Source: an uncultured bacterium (GTDB taxonomy: Bacteria > Desulfobacterota_D > UBA1144 > Nemesobacterales > UBA2774). Taken from it: 64,000 nucleotides of DNA. Positions 32,942-42,633 of this stretch are shown here, one piece after another. The translations under genes were made by a program, and so were the position numbers. The notes under the pieces are model-generated. The model saw nothing but the letters and a program-made list of their open reading frames with translations, had not been told where the DNA came from and ran no database searches. The stretch's first letter is position 1. Each line of letters opens with the position of its first letter. Location: the NCBI GenBank assembly GCA_963705505.1, contig CAVPJU010000008.1, positions 1-64,000 on the forward strand, written 5' to 3'.

Positions 32942-34075
32942 TTATCTCGAGGTTTGTTTCCCGAAGGTTTCTTCCCTTATCAGCGAGCCTGATCCCGATG
33001 TGATGCCCTCGATCCTCATTGCGAGGTCGTTGCGGTTCGTCGCCTGTATCATCGCCTCGTCGTATGTGATCTTGTCGCTCTTGTATAGGTTATAGAGGCA
33101 CTGGTCGAAGGTCTGCATCCCGTAGTGGAGGCTCCCTTCATGTATGGCCTGCCTGATCTCCCACGTCTTCTGCGGATCCGCTATCAGGTCCTTTACACGC
33201 TCAGTCGCTATCAGTATCTCAGCCGCCGGCACGCGAGACTTTCCGTCCGCGGTGGGGACGAGCCTCTGCGATATAATCGCCTTCAGTACCTGAGAAAGCT
33301 GGTACCTGACCTGGTTGTGCTGGTGGGGCGGGAATATCGTCAGCATACGGTTTATGGACTCCTGGGCATCCAGAGTGTGGAGAGTCGTAAGCACGAGGTG
33401 CCCCGTCTCGGCGGCCGACAGGCATATCTCCATTGTTTCGAGGTCCCTCATCTCGCCGACGAGTATAACGTCCGGGTCTTCCCTGAGCGCCGCCCTCATG
33501 GCGTTCGCAAAGGACATCGTGTCGATGCCTATCTCCCTCTGGTTTATGTAGCTGGTCGCGTCCTCGTGCATATATTCGAGCGGGTCCTCGACCGTTATAA
33601 TGTGCCTGGCCCTGTTCCTGTTGATGTAATCGACTATCGCAGCCAGCGTCGTGGACTTTCCGCTCCCGGTCGTCCCCGTGACGATTACGAGCCCCCTCTC
33701 CTCGCTTGCGATCTTTTCCATCACGGACGGGAGATTGAGTGAGGTGAAATTCAGTATATTGTAAGGGATCGTCCTTATCGCGATAGAGAGCGTGCCCCTC
33801 TGCTGGAAGACATTCACTCTGAACCTGGAGAGGCCGTGGATGCTGTATGCAAGGTCCATCTCGTAGAGGGTCTCGAACTTCACACGCTGGGCGGGGTTCA
33901 TCATCTGGAGCGCCATGTCCCTCACGTCTTCGACCGTGAGCTCGGGCGCGTTCTTTACAGGAGCCAGCTTCCCCTCCACGCGGAGTATGGGGTGTCTCCC
34001 CGTGCCGATATGCACATCCGATGCGCCGAGCCTAACAGCAGCCCGGAGTATATCGTCTATGTTTATGGACCCCAT
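32942..34075 (-). CDS. pilT: PilT/PilU-family retraction ATPase
   Basis: ASDVH, GTTGSGKSTT, EDPLE, ALREDPDVILVGEMRD, AAETGH, GMQTFD. Confidence 0.9.
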   Translation of the reverse strand: MGSINIDDILRAAVRLGASDVHIGTGRHPILRVEGKLAPVKNAPELTVEDVRDMALQMMNPAQRVKFETLYEMDLAYSIHGLSRFRVNVFQQRGTLSIAIRTIPYNILNFTSLNLPSVMEKIASEERGLVIVTGTTGSGKSTTLAAIVDYINRNRARHIITVEDPLEYMHEDATSYINQREIGIDTMSFANAMRAALREDPDVILVGEMRDLETMEICLSAAETGHLVLTTLHTLDAQESINRMLTIFPPHQHNQVRYQLSQVLKAIISQRLVPTADGKSRVPAAEILIATERVKDLIADPQKTWEIRQAIHEGSLHYGMQTFDQCLYNLYKSDKITYDEAMIQATNRNDLAMRIEGITSGSGSLIREETFGKQTSR

Positions 34076-35119
34076 CTACTTCTCCTCGGTTTTCTCAGTC
34101 TTGACAACCCCGGTTTTGGACAATATATCGCCCTTCAGCTTCTCAGCCATTTCCGGGTTGTCCTTGAGGAAAGCCCTTGCGTTCTCTCTTCCCTGTCCGA
34201 GCCTCTCTCCCCCGTACGAAAACCAGGTGCCGCTCTTCTCGACTATGTTCATCTTCGAACCCATGTCGACGAGCTCGCCCGTCTGGGAGATTCCGCTCCC
34301 GAACATTATATCGAACTCCGCATCCCTGAACGGCGGGGACACCTTGTTCTTGACTACCTTTGCCCTGACCCTGTTCCCCGCGACCTCGTCCCCTTCCTTG
34401 ATCGAGCCGATGCGCCTCACGTCTATCCTCACGGAGGAATAGAACCTGAGCGCCGTTCCGCCGCTCGTGGTCTCGGGGTTCATGTACGGGAGAGTCCCTA
34501 TCTTCATCCTTGTCTGGTTGACGAAAATAACCAGAGTATTCGACCTGCTTACAGTAGCCGTGATTTTCCTGAGCGCCTGGGACATGAGCCTCGCCTGAAG
34601 CCCTACGTGCGCGTCCCCCATCTCGCCCTCTATCTCCGCCCTCGGCGTGAGCGCCGCGACGGAATCGAGCACTATGACGTCGACCGCGCCGCTCCTTACG
34701 AGCGTGTCCACTATTTCGAGCGCCTGCTCGCCGAAGTCCGGCTGCGATATGAGGAGGTCGTCAATTTTTACTCCCAGGTTCTGCGCGTAGTTGGGGTCGA
34801 GCGCGTGCTCGGCGTCGACGAATGCGGCTATTCCGCCTTTCTTATGGGCCTCCGCAATTACGTGCAGCGCGAGCGTCGTCTTACCCGAGGCTTCCGGTCC
34901 GAATATCTCGATTATCCTTCCCCTGGGATATCCCCCCACTCCGAGCGCTATATCGAGCCCGAGCGAGCCCGATGATATTACGGAGAGCTGGGGAATGGGC
35001 GTCCCTGCGCCGAGCCTCATAATAGCTCCCTTTCCGAACTGCTTCTCTATGGAAGATATCGCGAGCTCTATTGTTTTTTCTTTGTCCGATGAATCCTGTG
35101 CAAATGATTGTTTGGCCAT
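34076..35119 (-). CDS. recA: Recombinase RecA
   Basis: [36 protein letters not shown]. Confidence 0.99.
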   Translation of the reverse strand: MAKQSFAQDSSDKEKTIELAISSIEKQFGKGAIMRLGAGTPIPQLSVISSGSLGLDIALGVGGYPRGRIIEIFGPEASGKTTLALHVIAEAHKKGGIAAFVDAEHALDPNYAQNLGVKIDDLLISQPDFGEQALEIVDTLVRSGAVDVIVLDSVAALTPRAEIEGEMGDAHVGLQARLMSQALRKITATVSRSNTLVIFVNQTRMKIGTLPYMNPETTSGGTALRFYSSVRIDVRRIGSIKEGDEVAGNRVRAKVVKNKVSPPFRDAEFDIMFGSGISQTGELVDMGSKMNIVEKSGTWFSYGGERLGQGRENARAFLKDNPEMAEKLKGDILSKTGVVKTEKTEEK

Positions 35120-35132
35120 AATAGCTCCTAAA

Positions 35133-36374
35133 TTATACGTTATTTAAAAAAATTTGCATAATAAAACTAAGCGCGTGAGAGGACGTGACTAACTTTATCT
35201 CCTCGCGCGTCCCGTGAAAGAGGAATTTCTCGGAGCGCGCCCCTTTTTTCTGCGAGTCGATACCAATGAAAACAGTGCCGACAGGCTTCTCGGGTGTGCC
35301 GCCGCTAGGCCCCGCAATGCCTGAAACGCCTATTCCTATATCAGAGCCCGCAAGCATCCTCACACCGCTAGCCATCGCTTCGACGACAGGGGCGCTCACG
35401 GCGCCATGGGCCTTGATAATTTCCTCGGGCACCCCGAGTATCTTAACCTTTGCTTCGTTACTATACGAGACGACCCCTTCCAGGAAATAATCGGAGCTGC
35501 CCGGAACGTTCGTTATCCTGTCGGCGATGAGGCCGCCGGTGCAGGACTCAGCCGTCGCGAGTGTCATTTCGTGCTTCCTCAGAAGCTTGCCCGCGACCTC
35601 TTCCATGGTCTCCCCTTCGGTCGAGAATACATACGCGCTCAATCTCGATCGAACGTCCTTGACGAATTCCGCCATAAGCGCCTCCGCGACATCATTCGAG
35701 TCCCCGTATGCCGTGACACGCAGGTGCACCTCCGGGAAATGAGCCCTGTACCCGAGCTTGATCCCGTCCCTCTCGATACCTTCGAGCTTGATTGCGACCT
35801 CCGATTCGGGAAGGCCGAACGTCTTTATGAGCTTCGCCCGAAAAGGCTTCCTGCTGCTGTCCCGGCTCTCCAGCTCAGGGATCACGTACTCATCCATCAT
35901 CGCCCTGAATTCCTTGGGCACTCCGGGGAGGAAATAAAATACAGCCCCTCCCTTTTCAATGCTGAACCCGGGCGCGGTCCCCCAGTGGTTTATCAATACT
36001 CGTGATCCGCGCGGAAGAAAAGCCTGTTTCCTGTTCATGTCCGTAAGGACCCTGCCCCTCTTGCTTAGCCTTTCTTCGATTGACCTCACCGCCCGCATGT
36101 TCAGCTCGAGAGGGACACCGGAGAACTCCGCAGCGACCTCAGAAGTCAGATCGTCGGACGTGGGACCGAGACCGCCCGAAACTATAACTGCATCGGCTCT
36201 GCCCGAGGCGATCCCGAAAGCAGAAGAAATTCTAGCCTTATCGTCCCCGACCGTCGTGTGGAAGTCTATGCCGAAACCCCTGGACGATAGAACGTCCCCT
36301 GCCCAGGAGAAATTCCTGTCCTGAGTGAGACCGCTCATAAGCTCATCGCCCGTCGTTATGATTTCTATTCGCAT
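35133..36374 (-). CDS. cinA: Competence/damage-inducible protein CinA (MocF + PncC NMN deamidase)
   Basis: [28 protein letters not shown]. Confidence 0.95.
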   Translation of the reverse strand: MRIEIITTGDELMSGLTQDRNFSWAGDVLSSRGFGIDFHTTVGDDKARISSAFGIASGRADAVIVSGGLGPTSDDLTSEVAAEFSGVPLELNMRAVRSIEERLSKRGRVLTDMNRKQAFLPRGSRVLINHWGTAPGFSIEKGGAVFYFLPGVPKEFRAMMDEYVIPELESRDSSRKPFRAKLIKTFGLPESEVAIKLEGIERDGIKLGYRAHFPEVHLRVTAYGDSNDVAEALMAEFVKDVRSRLSAYVFSTEGETMEEVAGKLLRKHEMTLATAESCTGGLIADRITNVPGSSDYFLEGVVSYSNEAKVKILGVPEEIIKAHGAVSAPVVEAMASGVRMLAGSDIGIGVSGIAGPSGGTPEKPVGTVFIGIDSQKKGARSEKFLFHGTREEIKLVTSSHALSFIMQIFLNNV

Positions 36375-36389
36375 GTTTTAAAGGATATC

Positions 36390-36495
36390 GATTCCCGCTT
36401 TCGCGGGAATGACAAATTAAAAAACCTCGGAAACATTGCATTTAGTCCTTAAAGTTTGTTTATCTGTCATTCCCGAATGCCTGTATCGGGAATCC
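36390..36495. repeat. Inverted pair of GTCA-tagged REP-like palindromes
   Basis: GATTCCCGCTTTCGCGGGAATGAC (36390-36413) and GTCATTCCCGAATGCCTGTATCGGGAATCC (36466-36495). Confidence 0.85.
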
Positions 36496-36500
36496 ATTCT

Positions 36501-36800
36501 TTACTTTATTAATTCCTCGTATAGATCATTCCAATCAGGATTAAACTGCTCTATAAGTTCAATCTTCCACTGCCTATTCCACTTCTTCAGCATTTTTTCA
36601 CGTTCAATAGCACTATAAATATCATTAGTATGTTCATAATACACGAGTTTTCGGACTTTATATTTTTTTGTAAATCCATCTAACATTTCACTTCGATGTT
36701 CGAAAACCCTTCTTAGTAAGTCGTTAGTAACACCAATATACAGAGTCCCATTCTTCTTGCTTGCCAGGATATAAACATAATAATCCAAATTCATTACCAA
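36501..36800 (-). CDS. Stand-alone GIY-YIG nuclease
   Basis: YYVYILAS..NGTLYIGVT.DL.RR..EH...AI.REK.LKKW.R.WK; AT-rich relative to flanks. Confidence 0.92.
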   Translation of the reverse strand: MVMNLDYYVYILASKKNGTLYIGVTNDLLRRVFEHRSEMLDGFTKKYKVRKLVYYEHTNDIYSAIEREKMLKKWNRQWKIELIEQFNPDWNDLYEELIK

Positions 36801-36891
36801 ACTTGAATGCTTCTCCGTAAAAGCTGTGATCCGATTGAATAAGCTGACTTGTAATAGTATTGAGGTTGAACCAAATTAGAACGAAAATCAA

Positions 36892-37344
36892 CTACAGCAA
36901 AACCCTCGCAATAATCTGAAGCACGATGTTCGCGTACACGCCCGCCATCACATCGTCCATCACGACTCCGAGCCCGCCGTTTAAACTCTCGGCCTGCCTC
37001 GAAGGGGGCGGTTTCACTATATCAAACAGCCTGAAGAGGAAAAACCCGATTATCACGTTCGGGAGAGTGAGGGGGACGAGTATCATCGTAACGAGGTATC
37101 CGCAGACCTCATCCGCGACTATCAGCCCCGGGTCTTTCTCCCCGAAGATGCCCTCCGCGACCCCTGCCGCCCAGACGGATAGAATTATGAATATCACGGT
37201 GAACGGGATGTAGAAATAATAAGGAAGAAACGAAACGATGTAGTAGAGCGGTACCGCGGCCAGGGTCCCCAGAGTCCCGGGCGCGTACGGGAAGTACCCG
37301 ACGTAGAAAAAGGTTGCAATGAGCTTTGCAATCCTTATTTTCAC
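36892..37344 (-). CDS. pgpA: Phosphatidylglycerophosphatase A
   Basis: APGTLG, DPG.IV.DEV.G, FRLFDIVKP, DD..AG. Confidence 0.95.
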   Translation of the reverse strand: MKIRIAKLIATFFYVGYFPYAPGTLGTLAAVPLYYIVSFLPYYFYIPFTVIFIILSVWAAGVAEGIFGEKDPGLIVADEVCGYLVTMILVPLTLPNVIIGFFLFRLFDIVKPPPSRQAESLNGGLGVVMDDVMAGVYANIVLQIIARVLL

Positions 37345-37837
37345 CTAAGAGATTGCCCCTTCCACCCTGAGGAGGTCTTTTTTTATATCTATACCGGATG
37401 AATAACCGCCGAGCCCGTTCGAAGCGAGCACCCTGTGACAGGGGATCACTATCGGTATCGGATTGGCTCCGACAGCGTTCCCGACGGCCCTCGACGCTCC
37501 GGGCCTGCCGACGCTCTCAGCGATCTCCTTATACGTGACAGTCTCCCCGTAGGGTATGTCCAGGAGTTTATTCCAGACGGATATTTGAAACGGAGTGCCT
37601 TCGGATACGTCGATGCCGGTCTTGAATTCGGAGAGCTTCCCGTCGAAGTAGAGCTCAAGCTCATATGCCATATCAGCCGCGGCTCCTCCTTCGAGAATGT
37701 GCGCGCCGTTCAGTCCGTCGAGGTGGTTCCTGAACCCCTTCTCGCCAAATATTATTCTGGAGACGCCCTATCGGACCCGACAGAATGAAGACCTGGCCGA
37801 CGCGCGTGATGACTGATGAATAATTAATTTGACTCAT
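37345..37837 (-). pseudogene. ogt: Methylated-DNA--protein-cysteine methyltransferase; +1 frameshift near 37770 (C-terminal catalytic domain intact)
   Basis: IPYGET.TY, RAVG.A...NP.PIVIPCHRV. The N-terminus MSQINYSSVITRVGQVFIL from ATG 37837 is one base out of frame. Confidence 0.85.
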
Positions 37838-38129
37838 TCTATTCTTCTCAACGAATCAGTTTCCACGCACTATGTTGATTGTCAAGGCATAATGTGTGCT
37901 CATATACGATTCCCCCATAACTCTTCTGCCCAGCCAACTATCAAAGTCAATCCCGTTCGTCTCTCGGCACAGAATCTGCGCTCATATACGATCCTACATC
38001 AGTCATCCGTGCCAGCAATAGAACCGTATGTCCGCGGCGACTCGCCGCCTTGAAATTCCCCCCAAAGTACGTAATATCTCTACTGCAATTTTAAGAGATT
38101 AAATAACCGACAAGGGGGATTTACAGGGC

Positions 38130-38933
38130 ATGGCGCACGGACTGGAGAACAACTGGGCATTGATACTGGGAGCATCGAGCGGATTCGGCGAAGCCGCCGC
38201 CCTGGAGCTCGCATCGCACGGAATGAATATATTCGGCGTCCACCTCGACAGGAAATCCACGATGCCCAAGGTCGAGGAAATAAAAGAGAAGATAAAAGAA
38301 AAGGGACGGCAGACGAGCTTCTTCAACGTGAACGCAGCCGACCCCGAGCAGAGGGCGGAGACCTTAGGCGAAATAGAGCAGATACTGGATGAGCACAGGA
38401 ACCCTTCCGGGATAAAGGTGCTCATACATTCCCTCGCATTCGGCACGCTGAAACCCTATATCGGGGAGACGGAGAAGGACAGGGTATCCAACAAGAACAT
38501 GGACATGACGCTCGACGTAATGGCGCATTCTCTCGTTTACTGGGCTCAGGAGATAGTGAGCAGGAGGATGATGGTCGAGGGCGGAAGGATATTCGCCATG
38601 ACGAGCGCGGGCGGTCACAGGGTATGGCCCACGTACGGCCCCGTCTCGGCCTCGAAAGCAGCTTTGGAATCCCACATCCGACAGCTCGCGGTAGAGCTGG
38701 CTAAGCACAAGATCACGGCGAACGCCATACAGGCCGGCGTTACCGAGACCCCGGCGCTCAGCAAGATTCCGGGAAGCGAGGAGATTATCAAGCACGCCCT
38801 CGCGGTGAACCCGGCGGGCAGGCTTACTACCACGTCCGACGTGGCTCAGGCGATAGCCGCCCTCTCCGTATCCGGCACTCACTGGCTCACGGGGAACGTC
38901 ATCAAAGTCGACGGCGGGGAGGACCTCATCTAG
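38130..38933 (+). CDS. SDR, enoyl-ACP reductase (FabL/FabI-like)
   Basis: GASSGFG, Y-x6-K (YGPVSASK), GNVIKVDGG. Confidence 0.8.
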   Translation: MAHGLENNWALILGASSGFGEAAALELASHGMNIFGVHLDRKSTMPKVEEIKEKIKEKGRQTSFFNVNAADPEQRAETLGEIEQILDEHRNPSGIKVLIHSLAFGTLKPYIGETEKDRVSNKNMDMTLDVMAHSLVYWAQEIVSRRMMVEGGRIFAMTSAGGHRVWPTYGPVSASKAALESHIRQLAVELAKHKITANAIQAGVTETPALSKIPGSEEIIKHALAVNPAGRLTTTSDVAQAIAALSVSGTHWLTGNVIKVDGGEDLI

Positions 38934-38984
38934 CCCGCGCACATCGCTATGGCCGGGTCGGATCAGCATTCCGGTAATTAAAAA

Positions 38985-40421
38985 ATGGAAAAGAAAGTAA
39001 CCCTCTACAACACGCTCACACAGAAAAAGGAAGAGCTCGTCCCGCACGAGAAAAACAGGATAAAGATGTACGTCTGCGGCCCGACCGTGTACGACTCCGC
39101 CCACCTCGGACACGCGAGGGCTGCCGTCACGTTCGACGTCATAGAGAGGTTCCTCTCACATCTCGGCTATGAAGTAACGTACGTGAGGAACTTTACCGAC
39201 ATTGACGACAAGATAATAAACAGGGCAAACGAAACGGGAATTCCGCCCAACGAAATCTCGGAGAAGTACATACAGGAATACAGGGAAGACATGGCTTCGA
39301 TAGGGGTGCGGAGGCCGACGGTCGAGCCCAAAGTTACCGAGCACGTACCCGAAATAATCGACCTTATAGAAAGGATAATCGACAACGGCTACGCCTATCA
39401 GTCGGGCGACGACGTATTTTTCTCCGTCAAGAAGTTCAAGGGCTACGGTAAGCTTTCGAAGAGAGACCCCGACGACATGCTCGCGGGGACGAGGATAGAC
39501 ATAAACGAGAAGAAAGAGGACCCGCTCGACTTCGCGCTCTGGAAAGGCGCGAAGCCCGGAGAGCCCTTCTGGGGAAGTCCCTGGGGCAGCGGACGCCCCG
39601 GATGGCACATCGAGTGCTCGACGATGAGCATGAAGTATTTGGGAGAGAGCTTCGACATACACGGGGGCGGGAAGGACCTCATATTCCCCCACCACGAGAA
39701 CGAAATAGCCCAGTCGGAAGCCGCCACGGGTAAGGAATTCGCAAAATACTGGGTCCATAACGGACTCATTCAGATAAACCGCGAGAAGATGTCGAAATCC
39801 ATAGGCAATATATTGAACGTGAGGGAAGCCGTCACCATGTGGAACAGGGAAGCGATAAGGCTCTTCTTCCTCTCCCACCAGTATTTAAATCCGGCTGACT
39901 TCTCGGATACGACAATGGACGAGGCCGAAGCCGCTCTCGAAAGGCTCTACATCACGCTCAAGCGGGCTAAAGACCAGAGGAAAGACAAGAGCGGGGACGA
40001 CGCCGAGCTTGCGGGCGCGGTGGCTTCATTCAGTCAGAAATGGGTAGAGACAATGTGCGACGATTTCAACACCGCTGACGCTATAGGCAACCTCTTCGAG
40101 CTCACGCGCGCGGTTAACAGGTCGATAGACTCCAGGGGATGGACGCCCGCGCTCGATAAAGCACTCAAGGAAATAGGGCATTTCGGCACCGCGCTCGGGA
40201 TACTCGAGTACGAGCCTGACGAATATCTGCAAGGGCTCAAGCTAGAGAAAAAATCTGCCGGGATCACCGAGCAGGAGATCGAAGAGCTTATAAAGGAAAG
40301 GAATTCAGCGAGGTCGGAAAAGAACTGGAAGCGCGCAGACGAGATCAGGGAGCAGCTGAGCTCGCAGGGCATACTCCTCGAAGACAAGTCCGAAGGCACA
40401 ATCTGGCGTGTGAAGGGCTAA
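38985..40421 (+). CDS. cysS: Cysteine--tRNA ligase
   Basis: YVCGPTVY, HLGH, GRPGWHIECS, FPHHENE, KMSKS. Confidence 0.98.
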   Translation: MEKKVTLYNTLTQKKEELVPHEKNRIKMYVCGPTVYDSAHLGHARAAVTFDVIERFLSHLGYEVTYVRNFTDIDDKIINRANETGIPPNEISEKYIQEYREDMASIGVRRPTVEPKVTEHVPEIIDLIERIIDNGYAYQSGDDVFFSVKKFKGYGKLSKRDPDDMLAGTRIDINEKKEDPLDFALWKGAKPGEPFWGSPWGSGRPGWHIECSTMSMKYLGESFDIHGGGKDLIFPHHENEIAQSEAATGKEFAKYWVHNGLIQINREKMSKSIGNILNVREAVTMWNREAIRLFFLSHQYLNPADFSDTTMDEAEAALERLYITLKRAKDQRKDKSGDDAELAGAVASFSQKWVETMCDDFNTADAIGNLFELTRAVNRSIDSRGWTPALDKALKEIGHFGTALGILEYEPDEYLQGLKLEKKSAGITEQEIEELIKERNSARSEKNWKRADEIREQLSSQGILLEDKSEGTIWRVKG

Positions 40422-40522
40422 CTAAAGCACCCCCCTCGATTCAATCTACAAACTGTCGATTTTAATTAGAGTATGAAAAGCGTCTCCTGATTTCTCGGAG
40501 CTCGAAGATATTGCGTCCGGTC

Positions 40523-41491
40523 TCAAACCCATACGCCCATGTATTCGAGCGCGCGCCTGATACTGGCCGGGGTCTGGGTCTCCCCGCGGCATGCGTACCA
40601 GCACGCCGTACATTTGGTCTCTTCGTAGAGCTTCGGCGTATATTCGGAGTAATGAGTGGTGATGGGCATTTCGGAGCACCGTTTTAAATGTCCCGACGGC
40701 GTAACCTGTATGTGGCTTATCCCTGCGGTGCATCCCGGTATCCCGCCCGTTTCGAAATACCTCGGTATCTCCTTCAGGTAATACTCTGTCGATAGTATCG
40801 TTCCCTTCCACGTCTTCCTGAGCCTTATAAGCTCGTCTACAAGTTTCTTCACCCTTTCGAGCTCTTTCGGATGTACGAAATGGGTCTCGTTGTTCGTCTT
40901 CATAACAGAATACGAGCTGAACGAGATACCTATCCCCCACTCCCTCGCCTTCGCCGCGAGCTCGGGTATGGAGTCGATGTTGTCCTCCATGATTATAGTG
41001 TTGAGCGTCACCTTCCCCTTGGGGAATCTCTTTCCGAGCACGGGAAGAAGCTCCGAGAGGTGGTCCCAGAGCCCGGGCACCCCCCTGTAGGTGTCGTGCA
41101 TCTTCCCCGGGAAATCGAGGGATATCGCTATCTGGTTTATCCCCGCGTCGTAAAGCTCCTTCGCCTTGTCCACGGTCAGGAGGTCTCCCTTCGTGACCAT
41201 CGACGTGAAGATAAAATAGGACGACTCCTTCACCTGCCTGACTATATCGGGGAGGTCTTTTCTCAGCATAGGCTCGCCGCCGGTAATAACGACGACGAGA
41301 GGGTTTATCAGCTTTATGACCGGCCTGTAATCGTAGATACGCTCCTCGTGCCTCGTCTGCCAGTAGTCGCAGAAATCGCACTTCGCGTTACAGAGCTTCG
41401 TGATCTCGAGGTTTACGAGCTTGGGGCGTCCCGTGAACCGTGTCTGGAAATATTTAATGGCCCCGAACAGGCTTTCCTGTGGTGTAATCAT
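40523..41491 (-). CDS. Radical SAM protein with SPASM/twitch-type C-terminal Cys cluster
   Basis: CNAKCDFC, TGGEP, C-terminal CTAG...RC...CTACWYAC. Confidence 0.88.
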   Translation of the reverse strand: MITPQESLFGAIKYFQTRFTGRPKLVNLEITKLCNAKCDFCDYWQTRHEERIYDYRPVIKLINPLVVVITGGEPMLRKDLPDIVRQVKESSYFIFTSMVTKGDLLTVDKAKELYDAGINQIAISLDFPGKMHDTYRGVPGLWDHLSELLPVLGKRFPKGKVTLNTIIMEDNIDSIPELAAKAREWGIGISFSSYSVMKTNNETHFVHPKELERVKKLVDELIRLRKTWKGTILSTEYYLKEIPRYFETGGIPGCTAGISHIQVTPSGHLKRCSEMPITTHYSEYTPKLYEETKCTACWYACRGETQTPASIRRALEYMGVWV

Positions 41492-41729
41492 TATAGGATT
41501 TATACATTACCCGCCCCGGGTTTTCAAGCGAAGCTTTCAGAATTCAATATTGAAGAAGACAACCGCCTGGCTTCGAATGGGAATAATACGACGGAAGCGA
41601 CCCTCCCCTGAGCCTTTTGCAAACACAATACTCACAACAAAACGTATTGACTTATCCCTGCCGATTTACTTTAATAATTGGAATATGGCTCTGTTACGAT
41701 TTTGATCTTGTATATACAAGGTGAAACGG

Positions 41730-42035
41730 ATGTCGATGAAAACGTTAACGAGAGAGCTCTTTCAGTGCGACCATACGGACGAGAGCGGGGAGAGGTGCGA
41801 AAGGGAGGGCAACAGGGACGCGATAAAGACGTGCGGAGTTTGCGGGAAGGACCTCTGTATCACGCACTCCGAGCTCGCGACCGTGACGCTCCAGGGGACG
41901 AGAGACTACTTCACGTACTATTTCTGCGTGCACCACACGGACGAGTTCCTGGATACGCTCGCCCGAAAGTACGGAGACACGAGGCCCATACCCCAGACGG
42001 GGTACGGCGTTACCCTGCCCCGGACGCGGCATTGA
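41730..42035 (+). CDS. Small Cys/His-rich putative zinc-finger protein, paralog 1
   Basis: C-x9-C-x11-CxxC-x4-CxxH-x19-CxxH; start chosen by alignment with paralog 2. Confidence 0.8.
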   Translation: MSMKTLTRELFQCDHTDESGERCEREGNRDAIKTCGVCGKDLCITHSELATVTLQGTRDYFTYYFCVHHTDEFLDTLARKYGDTRPIPQTGYGVTLPRTRH

Positions 42036-42149
42036 ATTCGAGGACTCGCCCTATAAAACCATATTGACATAATCCGCAGGATTTAGTTTAATGAGAGTTG
42101 GGGCTCGCGGCGTGTGGCAATAAACGGTATTATTTAAAGGAGATTATAT

Positions 42150-42434
42150 ATGTCGAGCAAAACCATCACAGTCGAAATATTCCAGTGCGACCATGTAAAC
42201 GACGACGGCGAGCGCTGCGCGAGCGAAGGTGAGAGGATAACAATCAAAACCTGCGCCCTCTGCCATAAAGACCTATGCAGCAGGCACTACGAGCAGATAA
42301 CGGTATCCAGCCGCGGCGGAAGGGAATCGCTCACATATCATTTCTGCGACGAGCACACGCAGGAATTTATGGATACGCTCATAAATACGTTCGGCGATAC
42401 GAGACCCGTCGCCTACGCCGGCATGGCGAAGTGA
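42150..42434 (+). CDS. Small Cys/His-rich putative zinc-finger protein, paralog 2
   Basis: Same Cys/His spacing and shared FQCDH, KDLC, GDTRP; AAGGAG SD. Confidence 0.82.
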   Translation: MSSKTITVEIFQCDHVNDDGERCASEGERITIKTCALCHKDLCSRHYEQITVSSRGGRESLTYHFCDEHTQEFMDTLINTFGDTRPVAYAGMAK

Positions 42435-42633
42435 CCGGCTCACGATGCATGGCGGAGCATCTCCGCCGATACAGGATTACTCCTTAATTCCTTGTATCAA
42501 GACAAAGAAGAGAACCATCGTTGCCTTGACTTTTCATTCCGAAATCTAATCTTTTCATCCATCCCTTCCATACGCCCTTCGCCACCCCCGCCTATACAAT
42601 CCCGCTAATTTACGTTATTTTTTATGCACGCAC

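Noticed and set aside
40523..42434. RiPP (ranthipeptide/sactipeptide) cluster
   Set aside because: The small proteins look like folded zinc fingers without a leader/core split; no RRE, peptidase or transporter; divergent orientation.
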